DNA of 64,000 nt, from NCBI GenBank assembly GCA_963845755.1, contig CAWJTV010000047.1, forward strand, positions 32,001 through 96,000. Reading direction: 5' to 3'. Made by a program: the position numbers and the translations under genes. This document shows positions 55,249 through 64,000 of the stretch, piece by piece. Source of the DNA: an uncultured Planctomycetota bacterium. Its GTDB lineage: Bacteria > Planctomycetota > Planctomycetia > Isosphaerales > Isosphaeraceae. The notes beneath the pieces were generated by a model, which saw only the letters and a list, made by a program, of their open reading frames with translations, searched no databases and was not told the DNA's origin. Numbering within the stretch: position 1 is the first letter of the stretch; each line of letters starts with the position of its first letter.

Positions 55249-57714
55249 ATGCCCAAGCTACAGAACCCCCCCGAGCGCTACCAGTGCGGCCCAGTCCCCA
55301 TCGCCGATCACGAGGACTACGACCGGCGGCTGGTCTTCGACCACATTATCAGTCCCGGCGAGGCCATCACGCGCGAGCGTTATGAGGCCCTGGCCCGGTC
55401 AGTTCGTGACTTGCTGGCCCAGCGATGGCTATTAACGCGACAGAATTACGACCGTCAGAACCCGAAGCAAGTCTATTATCTGTCGATGGAGTTCCTGATC
55501 GGTCGGACGCTGGCCAATACGATCACCAATCTCCAGATCGAAGACTACATCTGCGAAGATCTGGCCGCTGCTGGGGTTCGGAACTGGCACGACCTCGGCG
55601 AGGAGGAGCCCGACGCCGGGCTCGGCAATGGCGGACTCGGGCGTCTGGCTGCCTGCTTCCTCGATTCGATGGCGACCCTCCAGATCCCGGCCATCGGTTA
55701 CGGACTGCGCTACGAGTACGGCATGTTCCGCCAGGAGATTGAGAAAGGACGTCAGGTCGAGCACCCGGACAACTGGCTGCGACATCCCGACCCCTGGGAA
55801 GTGGCCCGGCCTTCGAGGACCCGAGAGGTCTCGATCCACTGCTCGTTCCAGATGAAAGATGGGCGGCTGGTCGTGACGCCGAACGTGCCAACGGTGCTCC
55901 GCGGCATCCCATATGACCGGCCGGTCGCCGGATACGGCGGACGTACGATCAACACCCTGCGGCTCTGGGGGGCCGCGGCGCACGAGGCCTTCAACTTCCA
56001 GGAGTTCAGCCGCGGCGACTTCTTCGATGCCGTCCACGAGAAAGTCGCGGCCGAGGTGCTCACCCGTGTCCTCTATCCCGACGATTCTACGCCCCGCGGC
56101 CGAAACCTCCGGTTTGTCCAGGAGTATTTCCTGGTCGCCAGCTCGCTGGCCGACATCGTCGCGCGATTCCGTCGCCGGGGCAATGACTGGCACGCCCTGC
56201 CCGAGAAGGTGGCCATCCAGCTCAATGATACCCATCCGGCACTGGCCGTGGCCGAGCTGATGCGCATCCTCCTCGACCAGGCCAAACTCGGCTGGGACGA
56301 AGCCTGGGACCTCACCCGGCGCACCCTGGCCTACACCAACCACACCCTGATGCCCGAGGCCCTGGAGACCTGGCCGGTCGGACTCTTCGAGATCCTCATC
56401 CCCCGCAACCTCGAGATCATCTACGAGATCAATCGCCGGTTCCTCGATGACGTTCGCGCCCGATTCCCCGGCGACGACGGCCGCGTGGCACGCGTCAGCC
56501 TGGTTGCCGAAGAGCCCGAAAAGCGGGTCCGCATGGCGAACCTGGCGATCGTCGGCACGCACAGCACAAACGGTGTCGCGGAGATCCACTCCCGGCTGTT
56601 GCGGACCTCGGTCGTCGCCGACCTTGCCGAATTGTTCCCCGACCGGTTCAATAACAAGACCAACGGCGTGACGCCCCGCCGCTGGCTCCTGCTGGCCAAT
56701 CCCGACCTCGCCCGACTGATCACCGACGCGATCGGCACGGGCTGGATCACCGACCTCGGTCAGCTCCGGAAGCTGCTCCCGATGGCCGACGATCCCGCGT
56801 TCCGCGACGGTTTCCGCCGGGCCAAACGCGCGGCCAAGGACCGCTTCGCCGCCTGGCTGCACTCCGCCACCGGACAGTCCGTCAACCCGGAATCCGTCTT
56901 CGATAGCCAGATCAAGCGCATCCATGAATATAAACGTCAATTACTTAATGTCCTGCACATCATCATTCTTTACAACCGGCTACGCGATAATCCGGGTCTC
57001 GTCGTGCCACCGCGGACCTTCTTCTTCGGCGGCAAGGCGGCGGCGGCGTATACGCTGGCCAAGCTCATCATCAAGTTGATCAATAACGTCGCGACCGTGG
57101 TGGACGCGGATCCCGTGGCGGGCGGCAAGCTGAAGGTCCTGTTCCTGCCGGAGTACGACGTCAGCCTGGCGGAGCGGCTGATCCCGGCCAGCGACGTCTC
57201 GGAGCAGATTTCCACGGCAGGGTTCGAGGCCAGCGGAACCAGTAACATGAAGTTCATGCTCAACGGCGCGCTGACCGTCGGCACGCGCGACGGCGCGACG
57301 ATCGAGATGGCCCGGGAGGCCGGCGAGGCGAACTTCTTCCTCTTCGGCCTGACCGCCGACCAGGTATCCGGGAGCCGGGGCTGGTACAATCCACGCTGGC
57401 ACTACGAACACGAGCCGGAGACGCGCCGGGCCCTGGACATGATCGCCTCGAATGTCTTCAGTCCGGACGAACCGGGGATCTTCACGCCGATCTGGGACAC
57501 CCTGGTCACTCATGGCGATCATTACATGCACCTGGCCGACCTGGCGTCGTATGTCCGCACGCACGAACAGGTCGCGGCCCTTTACCTCCGTCCAGACGAC
57601 TGGACGCGCCGGGCCATCATCAATGTGGCTCATTCCGGCAGGTTCTCCAGCGATCGGACGATCGCGGAGTATGCCCGCGAGATCTGGGAAGTCAACGCGT
57701 GTCCCGTGGGGTAG
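55249..57714 (+). CDS. glgP: Glycogen/alpha-glucan phosphorylase
   Basis: YYLSMEFLIGR, DAGLGNGGLGRLAACF, IQLNDTHP, NKTNGVTPRRW, KRIHEYKRQ, EASGTSNMK. Confidence 0.97.
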   Translation: MPKLQNPPERYQCGPVPIADHEDYDRRLVFDHIISPGEAITRERYEALARSVRDLLAQRWLLTRQNYDRQNPKQVYYLSMEFLIGRTLANTITNLQIEDYICEDLAAAGVRNWHDLGEEEPDAGLGNGGLGRLAACFLDSMATLQIPAIGYGLRYEYGMFRQEIEKGRQVEHPDNWLRHPDPWEVARPSRTREVSIHCSFQMKDGRLVVTPNVPTVLRGIPYDRPVAGYGGRTINTLRLWGAAAHEAFNFQEFSRGDFFDAVHEKVAAEVLTRVLYPDDSTPRGRNLRFVQEYFLVASSLADIVARFRRRGNDWHALPEKVAIQLNDTHPALAVAELMRILLDQAKLGWDEAWDLTRRTLAYTNHTLMPEALETWPVGLFEILIPRNLEIIYEINRRFLDDVRARFPGDDGRVARVSLVAEEPEKRVRMANLAIVGTHSTNGVAEIHSRLLRTSVVADLAELFPDRFNNKTNGVTPRRWLLLANPDLARLITDAIGTGWITDLGQLRKLLPMADDPAFRDGFRRAKRAAKDRFAAWLHSATGQSVNPESVFDSQIKRIHEYKRQLLNVLHIIILYNRLRDNPGLVVPPRTFFFGGKAAAAYTLAKLIIKLINNVATVVDADPVAGGKLKVLFLPEYDVSLAERLIPASDVSEQISTAGFEASGTSNMKFMLNGALTVGTRDGATIEMAREAGEANFFLFGLTADQVSGSRGWYNPRWHYEHEPETRRALDMIASNVFSPDEPGIFTPIWDTLVTHGDHYMHLADLASYVRTHEQVAALYLRPDDWTRRAIINVAHSGRFSSDRTIAEYAREIWEVNACPVG

Positions 57715-57765
57715 CCTGGTCGCGTGCTTCGTGAACACATTGGATGATTTCGCGGACTTAAGGCC

Positions 57766-58002
57766 ATGCTTCTCTCCGAGCAGAAACTTGTCGAAGAGGT
57801 TATTCATTATATGATCCTCATTGAGGGGCTCTTCCCAGACGATCTCGATAAGGAGGAAATGATCCGTGAACTCCGGGATCGATTCGGTGTCCAGACGGTG
57901 AGATGGGCTATCGAGTCTCTGGCCGCCCGAAGAATCGCCCAAGGCTCTCGGTCAGCCTCGGTGGAAAAAGACCCAATGTGGGACCGTGATCTCGACGGAT
58001 GA
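57766..58002 (+). CDS. Small hypothetical protein (78 aa)
   Basis: Fills the glgP-pgm gap on the same strand; ends [10 protein letters not shown]. Confidence 0.55.
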   Translation: MLLSEQKLVEEVIHYMILIEGLFPDDLDKEEMIRELRDRFGVQTVRWAIESLAARRIAQGSRSASVEKDPMWDRDLDG

Positions 58003-58021
58003 TCCGATTACGGGGAGACCT

Positions 58022-59662
58022 ATGGCAATCCATCCTTTGGCAGGTCAACTGGCTCCAGTCAGCGAATTGATCGACGTCCCGGCGCTGGAGAAAGCGTACT
58101 ACCAGAACCGCCCCGACATGGGCGACCCACGCCAGTGCGTGTCCTTCGGCACCAGTGGCCACCGCGGCACGCCTCTTGATAACACGTTCACCGAGGCTCA
58201 CATCCTGGCGATCACGAAGGCGATCTGCGATTACCGCCGCATGCGGGACATCGATGGCCCGCTCTTCATGGGCAAGGACACACACGCACTCTCCGGTCCG
58301 GCCCAGCGAACCGCGCTGGAGGTTCTGGCGTCCGAAGGCGTCGAGACGATCCTCCAGCGCGACGACGGCGTGACGCCGACGCCGGTCATCTCCCACGCGA
58401 TTCTCGTCCATAATCGCGGCCGCACCCAGCATTTGGGCGACGGGATCGTGATCACGCCCTCCCACAACCCTCCCGCCGACGGCGGCTTCAAGTACAACCC
58501 GCCGAATGGCGGACCGGCCGACACCGACGTCACGGCGTGGATTCAAGACCGCGCCAATGCCGTCCTGAGAGCGAGCCACGCCGAAGTCAAGCGCGTGCCG
58601 TTCGCCCAGGCTCTCGAAGCCGACACGACGCGGGAGGTCGACTTCGTCAGGCCGTATGTCAACGATCTGGCAAGCGTGGTGGACATGGAGGCGATCCGTG
58701 GGGCCAAGCTCAAGATAGGCGTCGACCCGCTCGGCGGCGCGGCCGTACGCTACTGGCAGCCCATCGCCGACACCTACGGCCTGGACATTACGGTCACCAA
58801 CCCGGCCGTGGATCCGACCTTTCGTTTCATGACGCTCGACCACGACGGCAAGATCCGCATGGACTGCTCGAGCCCCTACGCGATGGCGAGCCTCGTCAAA
58901 CTCAAGGACCGCTTCGATATCGCCTTCGGTAACGACCCCGATTCCGACCGCCACGGGATCGTCACCAGGTCGCTCGGGCTGATGAACCCGAATCATTACC
59001 TGGCCGTCGCGATCCGATACCTGCTCACCCACCGGCCCGAGTGGTCATCGAGGGTGGTTGTCGGCAAGACACTTGTCAGCAGCGGTCTGATCGACCGGGT
59101 CGTCGAGGGCCTGGGACGAAACCTCTGCGAGGTCCCGGTCGGCTTCAAGTGGTTCGCTCCGGGCCTGCTCGATGGCTCCTTCTGCTTCGGCGGTGAGGAG
59201 AGCGCTGGGGCCAGTTTCCTGCGGCGCGACGGCACGGTCTGGACGACCGACAAGGACGGTCCGATCATGGACTTGCTCGCCGCGGAGATCCTCGCACGCA
59301 CCGGCAAGGATCCCGGCGAACACTTCCGCGAGCTGGCGGCTCAATATGGTACGCCCTATTACACGAGGATCGATGCTCCCGCGACACCCGAGCAGAAATC
59401 TCGCCTCGGGAAGCTCGAACCGTCCGACGTCAGGGCGTCCGATCTGGCCGGCGAGCCGATCGTCGCGAAGCTGACACGCGCTCCAGGCAACCATGCTCCC
59501 ATCGGCGGCCTCAAGGTCGTCTCCACGAGCGGCTGGTTCGCAGCGCGGCCATCCGGCACCGAGAATATCTACAAGATCTACGCCGAGAGCTTTCGCGATC
59601 AGACGCACCTCGACGCCATCGTCGCCGAGGCGCAGAAGATCGTCACCAATGCGCTGACCTGA
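58022..59662 (+). CDS. pgm: Phosphoglucomutase
   Basis: [36 protein letters not shown]. Confidence 0.97.
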   Translation: MAIHPLAGQLAPVSELIDVPALEKAYYQNRPDMGDPRQCVSFGTSGHRGTPLDNTFTEAHILAITKAICDYRRMRDIDGPLFMGKDTHALSGPAQRTALEVLASEGVETILQRDDGVTPTPVISHAILVHNRGRTQHLGDGIVITPSHNPPADGGFKYNPPNGGPADTDVTAWIQDRANAVLRASHAEVKRVPFAQALEADTTREVDFVRPYVNDLASVVDMEAIRGAKLKIGVDPLGGAAVRYWQPIADTYGLDITVTNPAVDPTFRFMTLDHDGKIRMDCSSPYAMASLVKLKDRFDIAFGNDPDSDRHGIVTRSLGLMNPNHYLAVAIRYLLTHRPEWSSRVVVGKTLVSSGLIDRVVEGLGRNLCEVPVGFKWFAPGLLDGSFCFGGEESAGASFLRRDGTVWTTDKDGPIMDLLAAEILARTGKDPGEHFRELAAQYGTPYYTRIDAPATPEQKSRLGKLEPSDVRASDLAGEPIVAKLTRAPGNHAPIGGLKVVSTSGWFAARPSGTENIYKIYAESFRDQTHLDAIVAEAQKIVTNALT

Positions 59663-59739
59663 TCGACCGACGTTGATCTCCGGATGGAACTCTCAAATAC
59701 TCGCTCGAATCTCGGAAATCTGGAATTTGGAATCTTATC

Positions 59740-61371
59740 ATGAGCATATTACCCTTGCGTGACCGTCCGGCCTGGAAGGCCCTGGAAGCCCACTATCCGA
59801 AGATGCGCGACATGCATCTTCGCGGGTTGTTCCGCGACGATCTGGTTCGTGGCGAGCGGTTCACGGCCGAGGCCGTGGGTCTCTACCTGGACTACTCCAA
59901 GAACCGCGTCACGGACGAGACGTTGAAGCTCCTGGTCCAACTGGCCGAGGAGTCGGGGCTTCGAGGACGGATCGACGCGATGTTCCGCGGCGAGACGATC
60001 AACGTCACCGAACATCGGGCTGTGTTGCACGTGGCCCTGCGCGCGCCGATGGGCCAGTCGATCCTCGTCGGTGGCCAGGACGTGGTGCCCGACGTCCACG
60101 CCGTGCTCGAGAAGATGGCCGGCTTCTCCGAGCGTGTGCGAAGCGGGGAGTGGCTGGGACATACGGGACATCGGATCCGGAACGTCGTGAACATCGGGAT
60201 CGGCGGATCGGACCTCGGCCCGGTGATGGCCTACGAGGCACTTCGCCACTACAGCGACCGGGACCTGACGTTCCGCTTTGTCTCGAACGTCGACGGCACC
60301 GACTTCGCCGAGGCCACCCGTGACCTCGACCCGGCCGAAACGCTCTTCATCGTCTCCTCCAAGACGTTCACGACGCTCGAGACGATGACCAATGCGCAGA
60401 CCGCCCGCGCCTGGTGCCTCGGCGCACTGGGCGACGAGCCGGCGATCGCCAAACACTTCGTCGCCGTGTCGACCAACGCCCCGGAGGTCAGCAAGTTCGG
60501 CATCGACACGGCCAACATGTTCGAGTTCTGGGACTGGGTCGGCGGCCGCTACTCGATGGTTTCGGCGATCGGGTTGTCGACCATGATCGCGATCGGGCCC
60601 GACAACTTCCGCGCGATGCTCGACGGGTTCCACGCCATGGACGAGCATTTCCGCACCGCGGCCTTCGAGCGCAACCTGCCCGTTCTCCTCGGCCTGCTGA
60701 CCGTCTGGTACAGCGACTTCTTCGGGTCGGAGACGGTCGCGGTCTTGCCCTACGACCAGTACCTGAAGCGGTTCCCGGCTTACTTGCAGCAATTGACCAT
60801 GGAGAGCAACGGCAAGTCGGTCACGCTGGACGGCGCCCGGGTCGATTACTCGACCTCTCCGATCTTCTGGGGCGAGCCCGGGACCAACGGCCAGCACTCG
60901 TTCTACCAACTGATCCACCAGGGGACGCGGTTGATCCCCTGCGACCTGATCGGGTTCTGCAAGTCGCTCAACCCGCTGGGCGAACATCACGACGTGCTGA
61001 TGTCGAACGTCTTTGCCCAGGCCGAAGCCCTGGCATTCGGCAAGACGGCGGAGCAGGTCAAGGCCGAGGGGACGCCCGACTGGCTGGTGCCGCATCGCAC
61101 GTTCGACGGGAACCGGCCGACCAACGTCATCCTCGCCGAACGGCTAACGCCCAGGATCCTCGGCGCCCTCGTCGCCCTCTACGAACATAGTGTGTTCACG
61201 CAAGGCACGATCTGGCAGATCAATTCGTTCGACCAATGGGGCGTCGAGCTCGGCAAGGTGCTGGCCAAGCGGATCATCCCGGAACTCCGAAGCCATGGCG
61301 AAAGTGACCTCGCTCACGACAGCTCGACCAACGCACTGATCCGACGTTACCGCGAGGGAAAGTCGTCGTGA
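59740..61371 (+). CDS. pgi: Glucose-6-phosphate isomerase
   Basis: [62 protein letters not shown]. Confidence 0.98.
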   Translation: MSILPLRDRPAWKALEAHYPKMRDMHLRGLFRDDLVRGERFTAEAVGLYLDYSKNRVTDETLKLLVQLAEESGLRGRIDAMFRGETINVTEHRAVLHVALRAPMGQSILVGGQDVVPDVHAVLEKMAGFSERVRSGEWLGHTGHRIRNVVNIGIGGSDLGPVMAYEALRHYSDRDLTFRFVSNVDGTDFAEATRDLDPAETLFIVSSKTFTTLETMTNAQTARAWCLGALGDEPAIAKHFVAVSTNAPEVSKFGIDTANMFEFWDWVGGRYSMVSAIGLSTMIAIGPDNFRAMLDGFHAMDEHFRTAAFERNLPVLLGLLTVWYSDFFGSETVAVLPYDQYLKRFPAYLQQLTMESNGKSVTLDGARVDYSTSPIFWGEPGTNGQHSFYQLIHQGTRLIPCDLIGFCKSLNPLGEHHDVLMSNVFAQAEALAFGKTAEQVKAEGTPDWLVPHRTFDGNRPTNVILAERLTPRILGALVALYEHSVFTQGTIWQINSFDQWGVELGKVLAKRIIPELRSHGESDLAHDSSTNALIRRYREGKSS

Positions 61372-61425
61372 GTCCCTGGAATCCCCGGGTTCTTACGGCC
61401 GAAGGCCGCGTGGAGTAGAGGCAAC

Positions 61426-61458
61426 AAAAAACCCCCGGCGCCGTGGGCGCAACGGGGG
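61426..61458 (-). terminator. Rho-independent terminator of the PEP-CTERM gene
   Basis: Minus strand: cccccgttgcgcccacggcgccggggg followed by tttttt. Confidence 0.75.
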
Positions 61459-61517
61459 CTGGTCGAGAGGCGCGGGTTAGCGTGGAGAGATCACAAAGAC
61501 AACAAATGTCTGGAGTC

Positions 61518-62162
61518 TCAAACGTGAGCGCGCTTCCGCCTCGATTGAACGTATCTTCTCAGACCGAGGCCGCAGACCGTGCTGAGGAACAGTGCGATGG
61601 AGCTGGGCTCCGGCGCCTCGGCGACGACCCCCGTGGTCGCGACTTGCGCTTGCAGGGTCGTCTGGCCGTTGTTGTCGGACGAAGGGACCAAGGCGTCCGA
61701 GACGTTCGACAGCTTCAGGGTGCCGGACCCCGTTCCGATCGCGAACGAAGCATTCGCAATCGGATTGAACGTGATGTCCACGCTCGATTGATTGGAACCG
61801 CTCACCATGCCGTTGAGAGTCCCCGTGAGCTGGACCGCGCTATCCTTCAATGCGGTCCCATTGAACGAATTGGGGATGAGCGACAGAGTGAATGGAGTAT
61901 TGTTGTACGTCGTCGATTCGCCGGCCGTCAATCCGGCGACCACGAACGTCCCGAGCGAGATGTTCGATGCGGTGTCGACGTATTGGCCCTGCACGGGGAC
62001 GAAGCTGATCACGGGCGCACCGGTGATCCCCGTCGTCCCGGGACCTCCGGCCGTGGTGTACTGCAAAATGCTGTCGGCCTGGGTGAGGGGGGCATGCCCG
62101 GCGAGGAGCCCCACAGCGATGAGCGCGATTCGCAGCCCAGTCCAGCCTCTTGTCATGCGCAT
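61518..62162 (-). CDS. PEP-CTERM sorting-domain surface protein
   Basis: Signal peptide ending TQA; Thr/Ser/Gly-rich body; APEPSSIALF-hydrophobic-RR tail; AGGAGG RBS. Confidence 0.9.
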   Translation of the reverse strand: MRMTRGWTGLRIALIAVGLLAGHAPLTQADSILQYTTAGGPGTTGITGAPVISFVPVQGQYVDTASNISLGTFVVAGLTAGESTTYNNTPFTLSLIPNSFNGTALKDSAVQLTGTLNGMVSGSNQSSVDITFNPIANASFAIGTGSGTLKLSNVSDALVPSSDNNGQTTLQAQVATTGVVAEAPEPSSIALFLSTVCGLGLRRYVQSRRKRAHV

Positions 62163-62721
62163 TACTTCCTCCTGAAAGGGATGGGAATAGTCGCGATCCT
62201 TTCCGCGACTTCGCAACGTCTTCGTCCGGACTCGAAGTGTGGCGTCCTCCCCTGGACCGAACTGCTTCCCATGCCTCCCCACCGAGCGGACCGGCAGGGA
62301 TCAGGGCTTGTCGCAAGGCGGATGAACGACACGAGTGGCGGCACTCACAACATCAGTCGGACCCCGAACCGGCAAGACGGTCAACTTCGTATCGCCGAGA
62401 ACAGGGAGTCGCGAGCTGGAGACCAAGGACGCGTCGAACCGACTCTCAAACACCTTGTCGGTCCGACCTCATCGAGAATTGGCCGTGAGTTCCCTCGTCA
62501 CGAGCTTCTGGCTGTGATCGAACGCGCCGGAAGATACTCCGACCTGCCGAGGTTGTAAATCGAAGTTTGTCAGTTTTCCAATTTTTTTCTCAACTTTGCC
62601 AACCTTGCTGCCGACCTCGCGACCGTTCACCGTACTCGAGCCTTCCGACCATTCCGAGAGTCGAGGGGTTGCAATTCATATTGGATTGCAGAATCCCGGA
62701 GGTTTCAAGGGTTTGAGCTGC

Positions 62722-64000
62722 TCAGAGCATGTGAATCGGGTCGACATCGACCGCCAGCTCGACGCCGTGGGGCGCGGCAATGGAAGCGGTCACGGTATGG
62801 CCCAGCACCTGGAGAGGGCGAGGGGTCGGACATCGGAGCTGGATGTGATACCGATAGAGGTCCCGGATCTTGAGGATCGGTGCAGGGGCTGGACCAAGCA
62901 CGCGAACCGATGGGTCGGCCGCTTGCCGGAAGGCGGCCGCCAGGTTCGTGAGGTACGCGTGCACGGCCGATTCCTCCGGCCCTCGCGCGATCAGGCGCAC
63001 CGAGCGCCGAACGGTGGCACGCCATACTTCTCCCGTTCGGGCAGTTCGCTGGCGACGAACGCCTCGTAGTCGTGCTGCATGGCCGCGCGGATGGCCGGGT
63101 GTTCCGGTGCGTAGGTCTGTACAAGCACCCGGCCGGGCCGAGACCCGCGCCCGGTGCGACCGGCCACCTGAGCCACGAGCTGGAAAGTCCGCTCGGCGGC
63201 TCGGAAGTCGGGCAGGTGCAGCGCCGTGTCGGCATTGACCACTCCAACCAACGTCACGTTCGGAAAGTCCAGGCCCTTGGCAATCATCTGCGTACCGAGG
63301 AGGATTTGCACGTCGCCGGCGCGGAACGCCGCCAGGACCTGCTCGTGGCTGCCGGGCGTCCGCATCGTGTCCGAGTCCATCCGTCGCGACGCGTATTCGG
63401 GGAACGCCGTGAGGATCTCCCGCTCCAGTCGCTCGGTCCCGATCCCGCCATAGTGCAGCCCCGTCGCGCGGCACGACGGACAGGCCGGCGGACAGGCGCG
63501 CTCAGCATCGCATGTATGGCAGATGAGAACATGCCGAGATTTATGGTACGTAGCGGCCACGTCGCACGCATGGCACTTGACGACGTTGCCGCACTTCGGG
63601 CAGATGACGAACGTGTGGAACCCGCGGCGATTCAGCAGGAGGATGACCTGGCCACCTTCCTGAAGGGCGCGGAGCATCGCCTGGCGGAGCGACTCGCTCA
63701 GGCCGCCGACGGGCGCCTTGTCGTGACGCAGGTCAATTATCTCCACCCCGGGCATGGGCCGCCCGCCGACACGCGCCGGCATGGACAGCCGCGTATAGCG
63801 CCCACGCTGGGCGTTGCGCCAGGTCTCCAGCGAGGGCGTGGCCGAGCCCAGCAGGATTGGGATCCCCTCCATCTGGGCCCGCTTCACGGCCACGTCGCGC
63901 GCATGGTACCGAGGCGTCGTCTCTTGCTTGAAGGTGCTCTCATGTTCCTCATCGATGACGATGAGGCCGAGTTTCCGGGCCGGTGCGAAGATGGCGGAGC
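62722..64000 (-). CDS. priA: Primosomal protein N' (5' part beyond window); frameshift near 62995
   Basis: IDEEHE, LGSATPSLE, LLNRRGF, four CxxC motifs, GIGTER, GTQMIAKGLDFP, QVAGRTGRG, VDVDP. Confidence 0.96.

Noticed and set aside
55432..61095. Long antisense ORFs over glgP, pgm and pgi (and similar ones elsewhere)
   Set aside because: Expected shadow ORFs in high-GC DNA opposite well-supported genes.

Overview
High-GC bacterial chromosome segment. Gene content points to a planctomycete, probably Isosphaeraceae-like (inference from the DUF1501/DUF1553-DUF1549 pair, TIGR03000 domain, tandem alpha-CTD protein and PEP-CTERM gene). Housekeeping blocks: tgt-yajC-secDF; selA-FAH-pyc-birA; thiE; glutathione peroxidase; histidine phosphatase-glgP-pgm-pgi; priA. 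These alternate with accessory material: two toxin-antitoxin pairs, a DevBCA-type exporter, a TPR-ExbB-prenyltransferase-repeat-histidine kinase gene run, and a GAP1-N2-led three-gene membrane-anchored cassette that resembles GTPase-centred conflict systems but has no GTPase here. The 44-54 kb region is rich in non-coding structure: a 29-unit GANTC heptamer array, two related ~119-bp MITEs with IS1182-type ends plus the cognate IS1182 remnant, two ~115-bp elements carrying recombinase-site-like palindromes, a 42-bp-periodic repeat and REP-like hairpins. An IS1380-like internal-deletion element with 20-bp TIRs and a CTAG target duplication lies at 17.8-18.2 kb. About 15 genes, including essential ones, carry single-base frameshifts, most likely long-read consensus errors, so many CDS below are stitched across frames. 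No rRNA, tRNA or CRISPR array was recognised. Family assignments come from motif recognition by eye, not database searches.
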